The translations under genes were made by a program, and so were the position numbers. 64,000 nt of DNA from an uncultured Candidatus Saccharibacteria bacterium (GTDB lineage: Bacteria > Patescibacteriota > Minisyncoccia > Phycocordibacterales > PALSA-1337), in NCBI GenBank assembly GCA_964406895.1, contig CAYOTK010000002.1, forward strand, positions 6,004 to 70,003, in the 5' to 3' direction. A model generated the notes under the pieces. The model had not been told where the DNA came from, did no database searches, and worked only from the letters and a program-made list of their open reading frames with translations. This document shows, in pieces, positions 38,703 to 48,233 of the stretch (within the stretch, counting starts at the first letter, position 1; the number at the start of each line of letters is the position of its first letter).

Positions 38703-40089
38703 TGATTATGAGACGAGAAAAGCGATGGCAAAAACGCTTAAGGGTTTTTGTATTGTCTACTTGCCACACTATCTGACTATCGCCCCTGCTGATTTCCACG
38801 ATGAGCTTCTCACAACACTAGGTGATCACAAACAAAAGATGATCGAGGTCTTGGGATTTAGAGGAAGTGCAAAATCAACCTTCGGGTCCCTTGCTCTGCC
38901 ATTATGGGCTGCACTTGAGCATCCTAACTTATATCCATTCATCATTCCGATTGCTGATACAGGACTTCAGTCTGCCATAAACATCGCAAACATAAAAGAA
39001 GAACTTGAGAATAATCTGCTTATCATGCAGGACTACGGAAAGATCACTGGAAAATTCGGTGAAGATTTCAGTCTTGAGAGTGAGGAAGAGTGGCAAGCGA
39101 AGAACATGCTTCTTTCAAATGGAGTACGCATACTTGCGCGCTCAAGAGGCCAGAAAGTAAGAGGACTTAGACATCGTCAGGACAGACCAAGTCTTGTGAT
39201 TATTGATGATCCAGAAGATTTAGAGTGGGTTCGTACCAAAGAGAATAGAGATAAAACAGAAAGATGGCTTAGAGGAGAAGTAATTCCCGCGATCGATGAA
39301 GCAAAAGGAAGATTAGTTGTCATTGGAAATCAGCTTCATACAGATGCACTCATGGCTAGACTTGCAAAATACAAAGCCTTCAAACACCTAGAGTATTCAC
39401 TTGTAAAAAATGGGAAAACAACATGGGAAGCAAAGTATCCTACAAAACAAAATCTTGATGATCAGCGTGATAAAGTTGGGGCGACTGCTTGGCAGCGAGA
39501 ATATCTACTGAAAATTGTTCCCGAGGAAGGAGCTGACATCAAAGAGGAATGGATACACTACTACGATGTCGAACCACCAGAGATTCAAACAGGATTATCA
39601 GGAACCGGTGTCGACCTAGCAATCAGCAAGAAAGAAACTGCTGACTGCACATCAATGGTTTCAGGCACTTCGTTTGTAAAGGACGGCATACCAAAAATCT
39701 ATATCAAGCCAAACCCTATCAATGCCCGACTCTCATTCTATGAGACGATTGAGACAACTAAAGCGATGGCAACTGCAAATCCATTTTCAATCTTCTTCGT
39801 AGAAAATGTTGCATATCAGAAAGCGGCAATAGAGGAAATGGAACGTGCACTCTTGCCAGTGATTGCAATGATGGCTGGAGGTGACAAGAGGGCTCGTCTT
39901 CGTGCGGTTGCCGTTTACATTCAAAATGGAACAGTAGTATTTCCTCGCTTTGGTTGTGAAGATCTTATTATTCAACTTCTTGGATTCGGAATTGAAGAAC
40001 ACGACGACCTCGTCGATGCGCTCGTGTATCTCATTCTCGGTTTAGTACAGCAGGGAATGCAGAATCCTGAAGTAATCGGACTTATATGA
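38644..40089 (+). CDS. terminase large subunit
   Basis: FRGSAKST, RGLR, IIDDPED, C-terminal nuclease GVDLA...HDDLVDA. Confidence 0.9.
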   Translation: MQSMQNLPQHSWFETNHLYDDYETRKAMAKTLKGFCIVYLPHYLTIAPADFHDELLTTLGDHKQKMIEVLGFRGSAKSTFGSLALPLWAALEHPNLYPFIIPIADTGLQSAINIANIKEELENNLLIMQDYGKITGKFGEDFSLESEEEWQAKNMLLSNGVRILARSRGQKVRGLRHRQDRPSLVIIDDPEDLEWVRTKENRDKTERWLRGEVIPAIDEAKGRLVVIGNQLHTDALMARLAKYKAFKHLEYSLVKNGKTTWEAKYPTKQNLDDQRDKVGATAWQREYLLKIVPEEGADIKEEWIHYYDVEPPEIQTGLSGTGVDLAISKKETADCTSMVSGTSFVKDGIPKIYIKPNPINARLSFYETIETTKAMATANPFSIFFVENVAYQKAAIEEMERALLPVIAMMAGGDKRARLRAVAVYIQNGTVVFPRFGCEDLIIQLLGFGIEEHDDLVDALVYLILGLVQQGMQNPEVIGLI

Positions 40090-40268
40090 TACCCACCAGA
40101 ATATTAAAAGAGTTAACAAAAGAATGGCAGGATATCATGGAGCTTGCAGATAAAATTCCGCATGGGCAGATTGTGCTTCGAGTAAATGAAAAGAAAATAA
40201 CGTTGATAGAATATACGGTCCAAAAGAAACCAACAGATCCGAATGATTTTGAGGTAAGAGGGCTGTAA
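40086..40268 (+). CDS. small protein, DUF2292/YezD-like
   Basis: IPHGQIVLRVNEKKITLIE pattern; ATGA overlap with terminase. Confidence 0.45.
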   Translation: MIPTRILKELTKEWQDIMELADKIPHGQIVLRVNEKKITLIEYTVQKKPTDPNDFEVRGL

Positions 40269-40312
40269 TTGTGTACAACTATATTGTTGACTTCTAAAAT
40301 ATGCTATAATAG

Positions 40313-40935
40313 CGACAGTATTCTTATCTCTTCGGAGTACGATAGTGAAAAGAAGGGGGTCAGCATTCGAACAAAATGCTTTTGAAATATTTAGTGGTAA
40401 GCATTTTGGGGAAGGAAACTTCTCCAAGGTCAAACTTGAGGGTTAACTCCCAGAGTGCTGACCACTGAATAATTCCTAAGCACAAGTCCGAGGTGGTTTA
40501 TAAGATTAATTTGGCGGGAAATATAGTCTGAACTTCGACCAACGGAATCATCAGCCGTGACGACCTACACCTCAGTAGGTAAAGGCATTATATAGATGGT
40601 TAATTTTAACGAGCATGTCAGAAAGACAATCTAGGCTCGCCGGACGTGATAAGTATGGCCAATTTGAATCAGTCAAAGAGGCTAAAGAGAAGAAAAGTTC
40701 TACTGTAGAGCATCTTCCTCTTCCAGGTTACGGCGACGCAAAAAAAGACAAATAATATTTGTCGTAGGGAAAATGAAAACCGCCCCTGCAAAGCAAGAAC
40801 GGTTTTCGATCAAATGTAAGTAATCTTACAAGCAAGACATCCTAGGAGGGATGTTTTGCTTTATAATTATAACTCGCGATAGAAAGATACCCTAACAAAA
40901 AATGGGGAAAAGTCAATAAAACCGTGATACTGTCG
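40313..40935 (+). ncRNA. candidate large structured non-coding RNA (~540-620 nt)
   Basis: No + strand ORF in the track. At least 9 hairpins, including UUCG and GAAA tetraloops and G-U-containing stems; end-to-end pairing cgacagtat/atactgtcg; upstream TGcTATAAT. Confidence 0.55.
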
Positions 40936-41034
40936 ATTTATCCACACCCTATCTGGTGTTTGTGTCTGGGGACCGCTATACTTTTATAGTACCTTTCACA
41001 ATTTTTTAGTTTGTATAGTCTGACTGGATACCCC

Positions 41035-41098
41035 AGAGGGCTTGTGATGTAAGTCTTTTTCTCACGAAGAAGGTTTGCACCACAAGCCCTCTTTTTTA
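41035..41098 (+). terminator. long hairpin plus T-tract immediately upstream of the portal start codon
   Basis: agagggcttgtg(41035-46)/cacaagccctct(41081-92) followed by ttttt; ATG at 41104. Confidence 0.7.
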
Positions 41099-41103
41099 TT
41101 TAC

Positions 41104-43299
41104 ATGAATATTTTCGATAAAACATTAAACCTCATAGGACTTGAACGCAAAGGATTAAATCTCCCACTTGCTTCTGGTCTTTCAAACGATGATCCGTTCA
41201 CTCTTTGGAGTCGCTCAAGGAAAGTCTCGATTGATAAAGCCATGGGTACATACAATGCATGGACCTATGCTGCCATTCGTGCAATCGCAGAGGAACTTGC
41301 AAAAATATCATTCCGACTTTTTCAGGTTAATAAAGACGGTGTGCATGAGGAAATATTTGATCATGAACTTCTTGACTTACTTGATGGAGTTAATCCTTTT
41401 CAAACTGGATATGAACTTCGATATCTCACTGGCGCACACCTAGAACTAACTGGAAATTCATATTGGCTTCTTGATGGTGTTGAAAAAGATACTGATAAGC
41501 CAAAAGCAATATTTCTTTTGAATCCTCGGTACACTAATCCTGTTCCTGCGCCTCTCCCAGAATTTATCAAAGGATACAGCTACTCAATCGATGGAAAAAC
41601 AGTCACCTACAAACCTGCACAGATTCTTCATCTCAAATATCCCGATCCTAATGATCCATATCAAGGTGTGGGTACGGTACAGGCAATACTAGATTGGATT
41701 GAGTCAGACAATTTTGCATCGGAAGTAAATCTTAACTACTTCAAGAATGGCGCACGTCTCGGTGGACTCTTAAGTTCTGACAATGCAATAACTGATGCAC
41801 AAATGAAGGTACTTCGCGCCTCATTTGAAAATCTGTACAAAGGTGCAGGCAATGCATATCGAGTGGCAGTACTTCCAAAAGGAGTGAAATATGATGAAGC
41901 ATCAAGTAACCCAAAGGATATGGATTTTGCCAATCTTCAACAGGTCATGCGAGACAAAATACTTGCAGGCTTTCGTGTACCAAAAACAATTCTTGGTGGA
42001 TCAGAATCAGAAACTAATAGAGCTACAGCTGAAACCTCAAATTATGTTTTTGCTGCTCGAACAATCAAACCAAAGATGGAAATGATCGTACAACAGCTAA
42101 ATGAATTCCTTGTACCTCGATACGGTGACAATTTGTACCTAGATTTTGTAGATCCGGTCCCTGAAGACAGACTCCAAAAGACTGAGGAGATGAAAGCTGC
42201 TCTTGCAGGACAGCCTGTAATGAGTGTTAACGAAGCTCGAGAAGAATATTTCGGTCTTGATGGAATTGATAATGGGGAAAGTGTGATGACTGATTTTTCA
42301 AAGGTTGCCCTTGGTAAGCCGAAGCCGAAGTCAGTCACCCGCACTGGTAGAAAAACAAGCACGGCAGACAAGAAACCTTCGACTCGGGGTGCAAAGAATA
42401 CAAAAGCACGAAAAGTTATGTCTGAAGAAATTGCAAAACGAGTGGCTGATTCCATTGATGCAAGTAAAAAGCAATTTGAAGAAGTAAAGCAGAAAGCTCG
42501 CAAGGATTTATCAAATCTATCTCACGCTGAATATGAAGTTCTTTATAAAGGTTTTGTTCTTCGAGTTACTCGCTATGAGAATTTAATGATCGAGGGGATC
42601 AAGAAGTTTAACAATGATCAGAAAGCAGTGGTTATCGCAAATCTAAACAGATTCTTTGATAAGAAGGGCTGGAAAATAGTTGCGGAGGATATATTTAATC
42701 GTGAGACGTGGGTAGGTGCAATGATTGATCTCTCCAATCCAATACTAACAGATCTATATACAAATGAAGGAGCTGAAGCAATGCAACTTCTTGGTTCAAG
42801 CGGTTTCAGGCTCACATCTGAAGTACGTCTCGCTCTTGAACGTGCAATGAGACTTCTCTCAGAAAGCTACAACGATACAACAATGGGACTTTTGGAAGAT
42901 GGAATTGAGGAAGGTTTGGCCGAAGGTGCGTCACTTCCTGATCTTACAAACAAAATCTCAAACATTTATGCATTCAGCGACGAAGTTCGTGCTGCTCAAG
43001 TTGCCCGCACAGAAACATTCAGAATAGCCAACGACTCCACGAAAGAAGCGTGGAAACAAACTGGAGTTGTAAAGACCATCAAGTGGTACACAGCAGCTGA
43101 TGAGATGGTCTGCCCGTGGTGCGAGAACATGAACGGCAAGGTGATCAGTATAGATGACAATTTTTATAACAAAGGTGATACCCACACAGGCGCTGACGGA
43201 TCACAGCTTGATATTTCATACAGCGATGTTGGATCTCCGCCACTCCATGTGAGCTGCAGGTGCTACACGAGGCCTGAGGAAATAAGTATTGATGGGTAA
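41104..43299 (+). CDS. HK97-family portal protein fused to a MuF/SPP1 gp7-like minor head domain
   Basis: LELTGNSYW, ILHLKY, FKNGA, FRVP..LG (portal); ARTET, KWYTAAD..CPWC, PPLHVSCRC (MuF). Confidence 0.88.
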   Translation: MNIFDKTLNLIGLERKGLNLPLASGLSNDDPFTLWSRSRKVSIDKAMGTYNAWTYAAIRAIAEELAKISFRLFQVNKDGVHEEIFDHELLDLLDGVNPFQTGYELRYLTGAHLELTGNSYWLLDGVEKDTDKPKAIFLLNPRYTNPVPAPLPEFIKGYSYSIDGKTVTYKPAQILHLKYPDPNDPYQGVGTVQAILDWIESDNFASEVNLNYFKNGARLGGLLSSDNAITDAQMKVLRASFENLYKGAGNAYRVAVLPKGVKYDEASSNPKDMDFANLQQVMRDKILAGFRVPKTILGGSESETNRATAETSNYVFAARTIKPKMEMIVQQLNEFLVPRYGDNLYLDFVDPVPEDRLQKTEEMKAALAGQPVMSVNEAREEYFGLDGIDNGESVMTDFSKVALGKPKPKSVTRTGRKTSTADKKPSTRGAKNTKARKVMSEEIAKRVADSIDASKKQFEEVKQKARKDLSNLSHAEYEVLYKGFVLRVTRYENLMIEGIKKFNNDQKAVVIANLNRFFDKKGWKIVAEDIFNRETWVGAMIDLSNPILTDLYTNEGAEAMQLLGSSGFRLTSEVRLALERAMRLLSESYNDTTMGLLEDGIEEGLAEGASLPDLTNKISNIYAFSDEVRAAQVARTETFRIANDSTKEAWKQTGVVKTIKWYTAADEMVCPWCENMNGKVISIDDNFYNKGDTHTGADGSQLDISYSDVGSPPLHVSCRCYTRPEEISIDG

Positions 43300-43320
43300 T
43301 TAATAAAAATAAATAAAATT

Positions 43321-44433
43321 ATGAAAAAAGAAGCAACATTTCAAAAAATAAATAACGAAATTCTCGAGAAGGTCTCATTGGCATTAGCCACAAAGGAATT
43401 TAAAGATGCGATCGAGAAGACTAAGGCGGCAACCGACTCAGGAACATTCGAAGTCATCATCTCCACAGCTGATGAAGATCGCCAGGGCGAGGTTATCAAC
43501 CAAAGCGGATGGGATTTCACGAACTACAAAAATAATCCTGTCGTTCTATGGGGTCACAACTATTATGAACTTCCAATCGGAATAACTGATGAGATTTTTA
43601 CTAACGATAAGGGTCAGACGATTGCAAAAGGACGATTCGCTCCCGAAGAGGCCAATCCTTTTGCACAGCAAGTGCGCAGACTTTATGATGCGAAGATCGT
43701 AAAGACAACTTCGGTTGGATTCATTGCTCGGGAAATGGAAGGCAATGTGATTACAAAAGCAGAATTGCTTGAGTTCTCATTCGTTCCGGTCCCTGCAAAC
43801 CCTATGGCTCTCTCTCTTGCAAAGGAATTGAACCTAAATACAACAGAGCTCATTACAAAAGGACTCTTTGTAAAAGCAGAACCGCAGGAAGGTGATCCGT
43901 GTACAACGGACGACGACAAGGAAGGCACGATGCTTCCTGATGGTTCGGGGGCATTAGTCTGCACGATAAAGGAGGAGGCGAAAGCTGAGGCTCCCGGAGA
44001 TTCGGGTGCGGAAGCAGATACTGAGCTTGTTCAGAAAGTCGGTGCTGAACTTGCAACGATACAGTCCGAAACCGACAGTTCAATCATTGCGCACTCGAAG
44101 GCGATCATCGAACTCATTAATTCAGAGGAAGATTCCGATGAGAATGAAAAGACAGCACGAGTGCGACAACTGATGAGTCGCACAAAAATCAAAATAGCCA
44201 TCAATGGCATGAAAGCCACAATCGCCGCCTTAGAGGAACTCCTCGAGGGTGCCGAAGGGAAGGAACATCTCGATGGAGATGCCCTGAAGAAAAGGTCGAA
44301 TGCCGCAGGGTCGGAAGTCATCGAGGCTTTAAAGAGCTTCAATGCAAACCGCCAGGTCTTGCGGATGATCAACAACATTACGAGCGAAGCGTTGAGAAAA
44401 ATCAACGATAACACCGCTCGTGACACAAAATAG
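43321..44433 (+). CDS. HK97-type prohead protease with extended C-terminus
   Basis: DRQGEVI, NPVVLWGH, SVGF, LLEFSFVPVPANP. Confidence 0.88.
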   Translation: MKKEATFQKINNEILEKVSLALATKEFKDAIEKTKAATDSGTFEVIISTADEDRQGEVINQSGWDFTNYKNNPVVLWGHNYYELPIGITDEIFTNDKGQTIAKGRFAPEEANPFAQQVRRLYDAKIVKTTSVGFIAREMEGNVITKAELLEFSFVPVPANPMALSLAKELNLNTTELITKGLFVKAEPQEGDPCTTDDDKEGTMLPDGSGALVCTIKEEAKAEAPGDSGAEADTELVQKVGAELATIQSETDSSIIAHSKAIIELINSEEDSDENEKTARVRQLMSRTKIKIAINGMKATIAALEELLEGAEGKEHLDGDALKKRSNAAGSEVIEALKSFNANRQVLRMINNITSEALRKINDNTARDTK

Positions 44434-44434
44434 T

Positions 44435-45619
44435 ATGGATCAAAAACAATTGGAATTGATCAAGAGCCAGCTTCAGACCGCCGTTGAGGAGGTCATGGAG
44501 AAGCGTCTCGGCGAAGCTGTGTCGCCTCTCGTTGCCAAGGAAACTCGTGCAATCGTGGAGAAGATGCAGATGGAGCGTGCAATTTTCGGCAAGGATATGA
44601 CTGGTCTCTCAGGAGAGCAGAAGTCTCAGTTTGTCGACGTTGTCCGTGCCGCCGCAGGTCTCAAGGTCAAGGCAAATGAAGCGTTGATCTCCGAACAAGA
44701 TAACCGTGGAGGCTATCTTGTTTCCAAGGAAGTCGAAGCCGCAATTCTTAGAATCGCAGCTTCCGTCGGTCTTGTGATGAGCCAAGCTCAGAAGTGGCCT
44801 ATGGGCACTGATGAGAAGGCTATCCCAAGTTACACCGGTGCTTTTCTTGAAGGAGAATTCCTCGGCGTTGATGCAGCTGGCTCTGTTACCGGAATTACAT
44901 TCGGTGCGGCCAATCTCATCGCCAAGAAATGGCAGCTCGCTTTCGTGGTCGGAAACGACCTCTTAGTCGACGCTGACGTTCAGCTTGCGGATTGGTTGCT
45001 TGCTCTTGGTGGCGAAGCACTCGCTAACATGACAGACAAGCAGGGATTGGTTGGTACAGGAGCTCCGTTCGTCGGAGTCTTGAATCATCCTGACGTTACT
45101 GTATTTACGCTTGCATCCGGCAAAGACACCTTTGCTGAATTTGATGCAGTCATTGATACAGCTGACACAATCGCACAGGTTGAGGAATCAGTGCTTGATG
45201 GTGCTGCGTGGTATATGAACCGCACAGTCTGGGCAAAGATTCGCACACAAAAGGATACAGCGGGAGCATTTATCTTGCCTCAGGCAGGAGCTGTTTCTGC
45301 GGGTGTTCTTGCGAATAACCCAACGGGTGGAGGTATCAAGCCTATGGGAGAGCTTGGTGGCTTCCCAGTCTTTACCTCAAAGCACTTGCCTGCAAACAGC
45401 GCGACTGCCGTTTCGACGAAGTACATCGTCTTTGGAAACTTGAAGGCTCTTGCCTTCGGTGAAAAGGGCGAGATGACCGTGTCACAACACGAGTCAGGTA
45501 CCTTCGGAGGAAAGGAAATTGCGCTTGCCGATCAGAGAGCACTCGTTTACAAGAAACGTGTGGCTTTGGTCGTGGCGCTGCCTGCGGCATTCGTGGTCGT
45601 GAAGACCGCAGCGTCATAG
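44435..45619 (+). CDS. major capsid protein, HK97 fold
   Basis: GGYLV, WYMNRTVWAKIRTQKD..G, LGGFPV, VFGNL; start moved to ATG 44435. Confidence 0.9.
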   Translation: MDQKQLELIKSQLQTAVEEVMEKRLGEAVSPLVAKETRAIVEKMQMERAIFGKDMTGLSGEQKSQFVDVVRAAAGLKVKANEALISEQDNRGGYLVSKEVEAAILRIAASVGLVMSQAQKWPMGTDEKAIPSYTGAFLEGEFLGVDAAGSVTGITFGAANLIAKKWQLAFVVGNDLLVDADVQLADWLLALGGEALANMTDKQGLVGTGAPFVGVLNHPDVTVFTLASGKDTFAEFDAVIDTADTIAQVEESVLDGAAWYMNRTVWAKIRTQKDTAGAFILPQAGAVSAGVLANNPTGGGIKPMGELGGFPVFTSKHLPANSATAVSTKYIVFGNLKALAFGEKGEMTVSQHESGTFGGKEIALADQRALVYKKRVALVVALPAAFVVVKTAAS

Positions 45620-45700
45620 TTCTTTCTCTGATTTTGTTTTTGCTTTCATTCCGGAAGGTAAAAACAAATATCAGATTTTATCAATTAAGCAATATAACGT

Positions 45701-45979
45701 ATGAGCGATACAAAAAAATATACTGTCATTCGTCCGATCGGATTCAATGGGGATCGTCTTGAAAAAGGTGCGACTGTGAATCTTACGGATGAAGAAGCAG
45801 CAAACATTGGTCCCGATGTGGAGCTCGCCCACGCTCAAACCGAGCAAATTGAACCTCCAAAAGAGGAAGGGGCGAGTGAGCGTACACCTGCTCCATCTAC
45901 GGATGGAAATGGTGAGGGTTCCTTTGAAAAGGAGCCAGGTCAAGCGACCGACCCTGCCAATGAGAGTCACCAGGATTAG
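45701..45979 (+). CDS. small head-associated protein
   Basis: YTVIRPI..NG....G.TV.L N-terminal motif typical of post-capsid genes; acidic tail. Confidence 0.5.
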   Translation: MSDTKKYTVIRPIGFNGDRLEKGATVNLTDEEAANIGPDVELAHAQTEQIEPPKEEGASERTPAPSTDGNGEGSFEKEPGQATDPANESHQD

Positions 45980-46088
45980 TAACGTAACTCTTTTCGAGAA
46001 ATCGTTTTCTTGTTGAGACGGAATCGTCCGATTCTAACTCAAGTCGAACTTGAAAGGGCTGACAAGCCAAAAGAGAAACATCACAACT

Positions 46089-46511
46089 ATGCGTTCAGTA
46101 TACGATGCGATCAAAGTAGTGAAAGGAATAGATCCGATTGCGCAAGCAGCTGCGGAAAAACTTTCCGCTGCGATCGATACGCTTGGTTACAACAGTGCGC
46201 TCATTGAAGTGAATTGCGGTGCGGCAACAGGTACACCGGATTCATATTCAGTAGCGTGCAAGGTTACGGAATGTGCCACTTCAGGCGGTTCCTATGCCGA
46301 TATAAGCGGAGCGACAGCTACGCTTGCGGCTGACGGAAAGCATGCCCAGATTCGAGTCGAAGGACTCGGTACATCTCGCTTGCGATACCTGAAGATCAGT
46401 TTGACTCCTGCATTTGTTAATGGTACATCACCGAAGGCACTTATCGGAGCGACTGCTCTCCTCGGACGTGCGTTCAAGGAGCCAGTGGACAACAGCGCAA
46501 CCGCTGCTTAA
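46089..46511 (+). CDS. putative head decoration / virion protein
   Basis: IDTLGYNSA...RYLKI beta-rich protein after the capsid; start moved to ATG 46089. Confidence 0.5.
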   Translation: MRSVYDAIKVVKGIDPIAQAAAEKLSAAIDTLGYNSALIEVNCGAATGTPDSYSVACKVTECATSGGSYADISGATATLAADGKHAQIRVEGLGTSRLRYLKISLTPAFVNGTSPKALIGATALLGRAFKEPVDNSATAA

Positions 46512-46574
46512 GTTCCAGCCACTTTCTCTCACGCAGGTGGGAGAAAGAAGCGGGGATTTAACCCGAAATATTAT

Positions 46575-47198
46575 ATGGCAGAAGCATTACTTTCATATGC
46601 ACTTACAACCGTAGCTCGAGTAAAAACTCGACTCACTATCACCGTGTCTACTCATGACACGATACTGTTGTATTTGATTAATAGTGTGACTGACTTCATT
46701 GAAGGCGAATGCAATCGCCATTTCAAAGTAGCTGTTTGTACCAATGAACTGTATTCAATACCGTCTAATGGCAATGGATTTCTTGCATTGAAGCAATTTC
46801 CAGTTTCTGCCATTTCATATATTCAATTCAGAGCTGGTACAAAAAGCAATCCGAATTGGACTGATTTCATGGCAGATGATTGGGAACTTTTAGATGATGG
46901 ATCATCGGGCATCATTGAGTTCCGTGGTGGTCTTATTCATGGGACAAACAGCATTCGCGCAACATATACAGCGGGCTATAAATTTAACTTCGTCAATTAC
47001 GGAGACAATAGTACGCATACCTTACCAGCTGATCTTACCGATCTTGCAGAGCGGATGGTCGTCAAGCTCTTCAAGAGACGAGAATCGGAAGGGAAGTCGA
47101 GAGAGGACTTCAACGGCGGGTCGATCACATGGAAGGATCTTCTTAATTCAGAAGATATTGAGACAATTAATAAATATCGAAAAGTTAATTTTTTCTAA
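46575..47198 (+). CDS. head-tail connector (gp6/gp15-like adaptor)
   Basis: LTTVARVK..L, IEGECNR.F, TYTAGY, LPADL. Confidence 0.75.
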   Translation: MAEALLSYALTTVARVKTRLTITVSTHDTILLYLINSVTDFIEGECNRHFKVAVCTNELYSIPSNGNGFLALKQFPVSAISYIQFRAGTKSNPNWTDFMADDWELLDDGSSGIIEFRGGLIHGTNSIRATYTAGYKFNFVNYGDNSTHTLPADLTDLAERMVVKLFKRRESEGKSREDFNGGSITWKDLLNSEDIETINKYRKVNFF

Positions 47199-47202
47199 AC
47201 AT

Positions 47203-47589
47203 ATGGCTGGAGATTTCAGAATAGAAATACAAGGACTTAAGGAGCTAAACTTCGCTTTTAGGAATTACCCAAAAATTTCCGAACCAATATTCCAGAAAGC
47301 GGTAATGGCAACAGGTGCCATCTTTGCGAAAAATACTTTGAAGGATAATCCAGTCCCATGGAGAACAGGAAATCTCTTGCAGTCGTTCAGATATAAAACA
47401 GGAAGGCTTCAAGCTGCATGGTACCCAACAGCTCACTATGCAATATTCGTTCACGACGGTACGAAATATATAAAAGCCAATCCCTTCATGCTGAAGATCA
47501 TAAAGAAAGCGGAGCCTGAGATTAATAAAATATTTAGGGAAGCCCAAGACATGGTGAATAAACAGATCGCAAATCAAACACGACTATGA
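47203..47589 (+). CDS. HK97 gp10-like tail component
   Basis: IQGLKEL, PWRTGNLLQS, YAIFVHDGT..I.ANPFM; start moved to ATG 47203. Confidence 0.8.
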   Translation: MAGDFRIEIQGLKELNFAFRNYPKISEPIFQKAVMATGAIFAKNTLKDNPVPWRTGNLLQSFRYKTGRLQAAWYPTAHYAIFVHDGTKYIKANPFMLKIIKKAEPEINKIFREAQDMVNKQIANQTRL

Positions 47590-48023
47590 CAGCAATCGTA
47601 ACAACAATAAAAAATGCAGTTAAGGTAAAACTCGATTCCCTCGTACCAATAACTCTTGGTCAGGTCATTGTCGATGATTTCAAGCAGGATGGATTTGCAT
47701 ACAAAGACATAGGTACTTTTCCTGCTGCAGTACTTGCTTCTCCTTCACTTGAAGGGGTTGCTGAAACCAATCGCGATAATCTTCGTACTCACAATTTTAC
47801 AATCGGAATTATCCAAAAAGGTGAGAATGTGGTCTCTGCAAATGATATCGAGGAGCTTATGGAAAAAATAATAAACACTTTTGATGAAGACCCGACACTT
47901 GGTGGTGCAGCAAACGGTGGATGTTACCCCTCCTCTTCAACACCAGAAGCAATATCGTCGGTCGACGGTAGCTTCGTGGTCTTTACGGTCACACTGAAGG
48001 CTAGAGCAATTAAAAGTATTTAA
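47586..48023 (+). CDS. putative tail terminator
   Basis: Position and size; FPAA, DPTLGG. Confidence 0.55.
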   Translation: MTAIVTTIKNAVKVKLDSLVPITLGQVIVDDFKQDGFAYKDIGTFPAAVLASPSLEGVAETNRDNLRTHNFTIGIIQKGENVVSANDIEELMEKIINTFDEDPTLGGAANGGCYPSSSTPEAISSVDGSFVVFTVTLKARAIKSI

Positions 48024-48031
48024 AAAAAATT

Positions 48032-48232
48032 ATGCAAAAAATATCAAAAAACAAAATGATAGATGGAGAAGGAGTTAAGGATAAGGCACTCGAGGAATAT
48101 TTCTTTTCAGGAGGACTCGAATATGAGCCACAAACCATATCAGCTGAAAACGAAGCAGAAGCAGAAAAGATATGGATAGAAACGAGAAAGAAAGTCGATA
48201 AATCATTAGAAACCAATAATATAAATCAATAA
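48032..48232 (+). CDS. small hypothetical tail-module protein
   Basis: 66-aa ORF tightly packed in the operon. Confidence 0.45.
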   Translation: MQKISKNKMIDGEGVKDKALEEYFFSGGLEYEPQTISAENEAEAEKIWIETRKKVDKSLETNNINQ

Positions 48233-48233
48233 C

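Noticed and set aside
40515-40535. aatatagtc resembles the group I intron S element
   Set aside because: No matching upstream R element (GACUA) was found and no interrupted gene flanks it; left to cmscan.
40313-40935. tmRNA, RNase P RNA, tRNA cluster or group II intron identity for the structured region
   Set aside because: No tRNA-like ends, no GAGGAAAGUCC/P4 partner and no canonical domain V were recognised.
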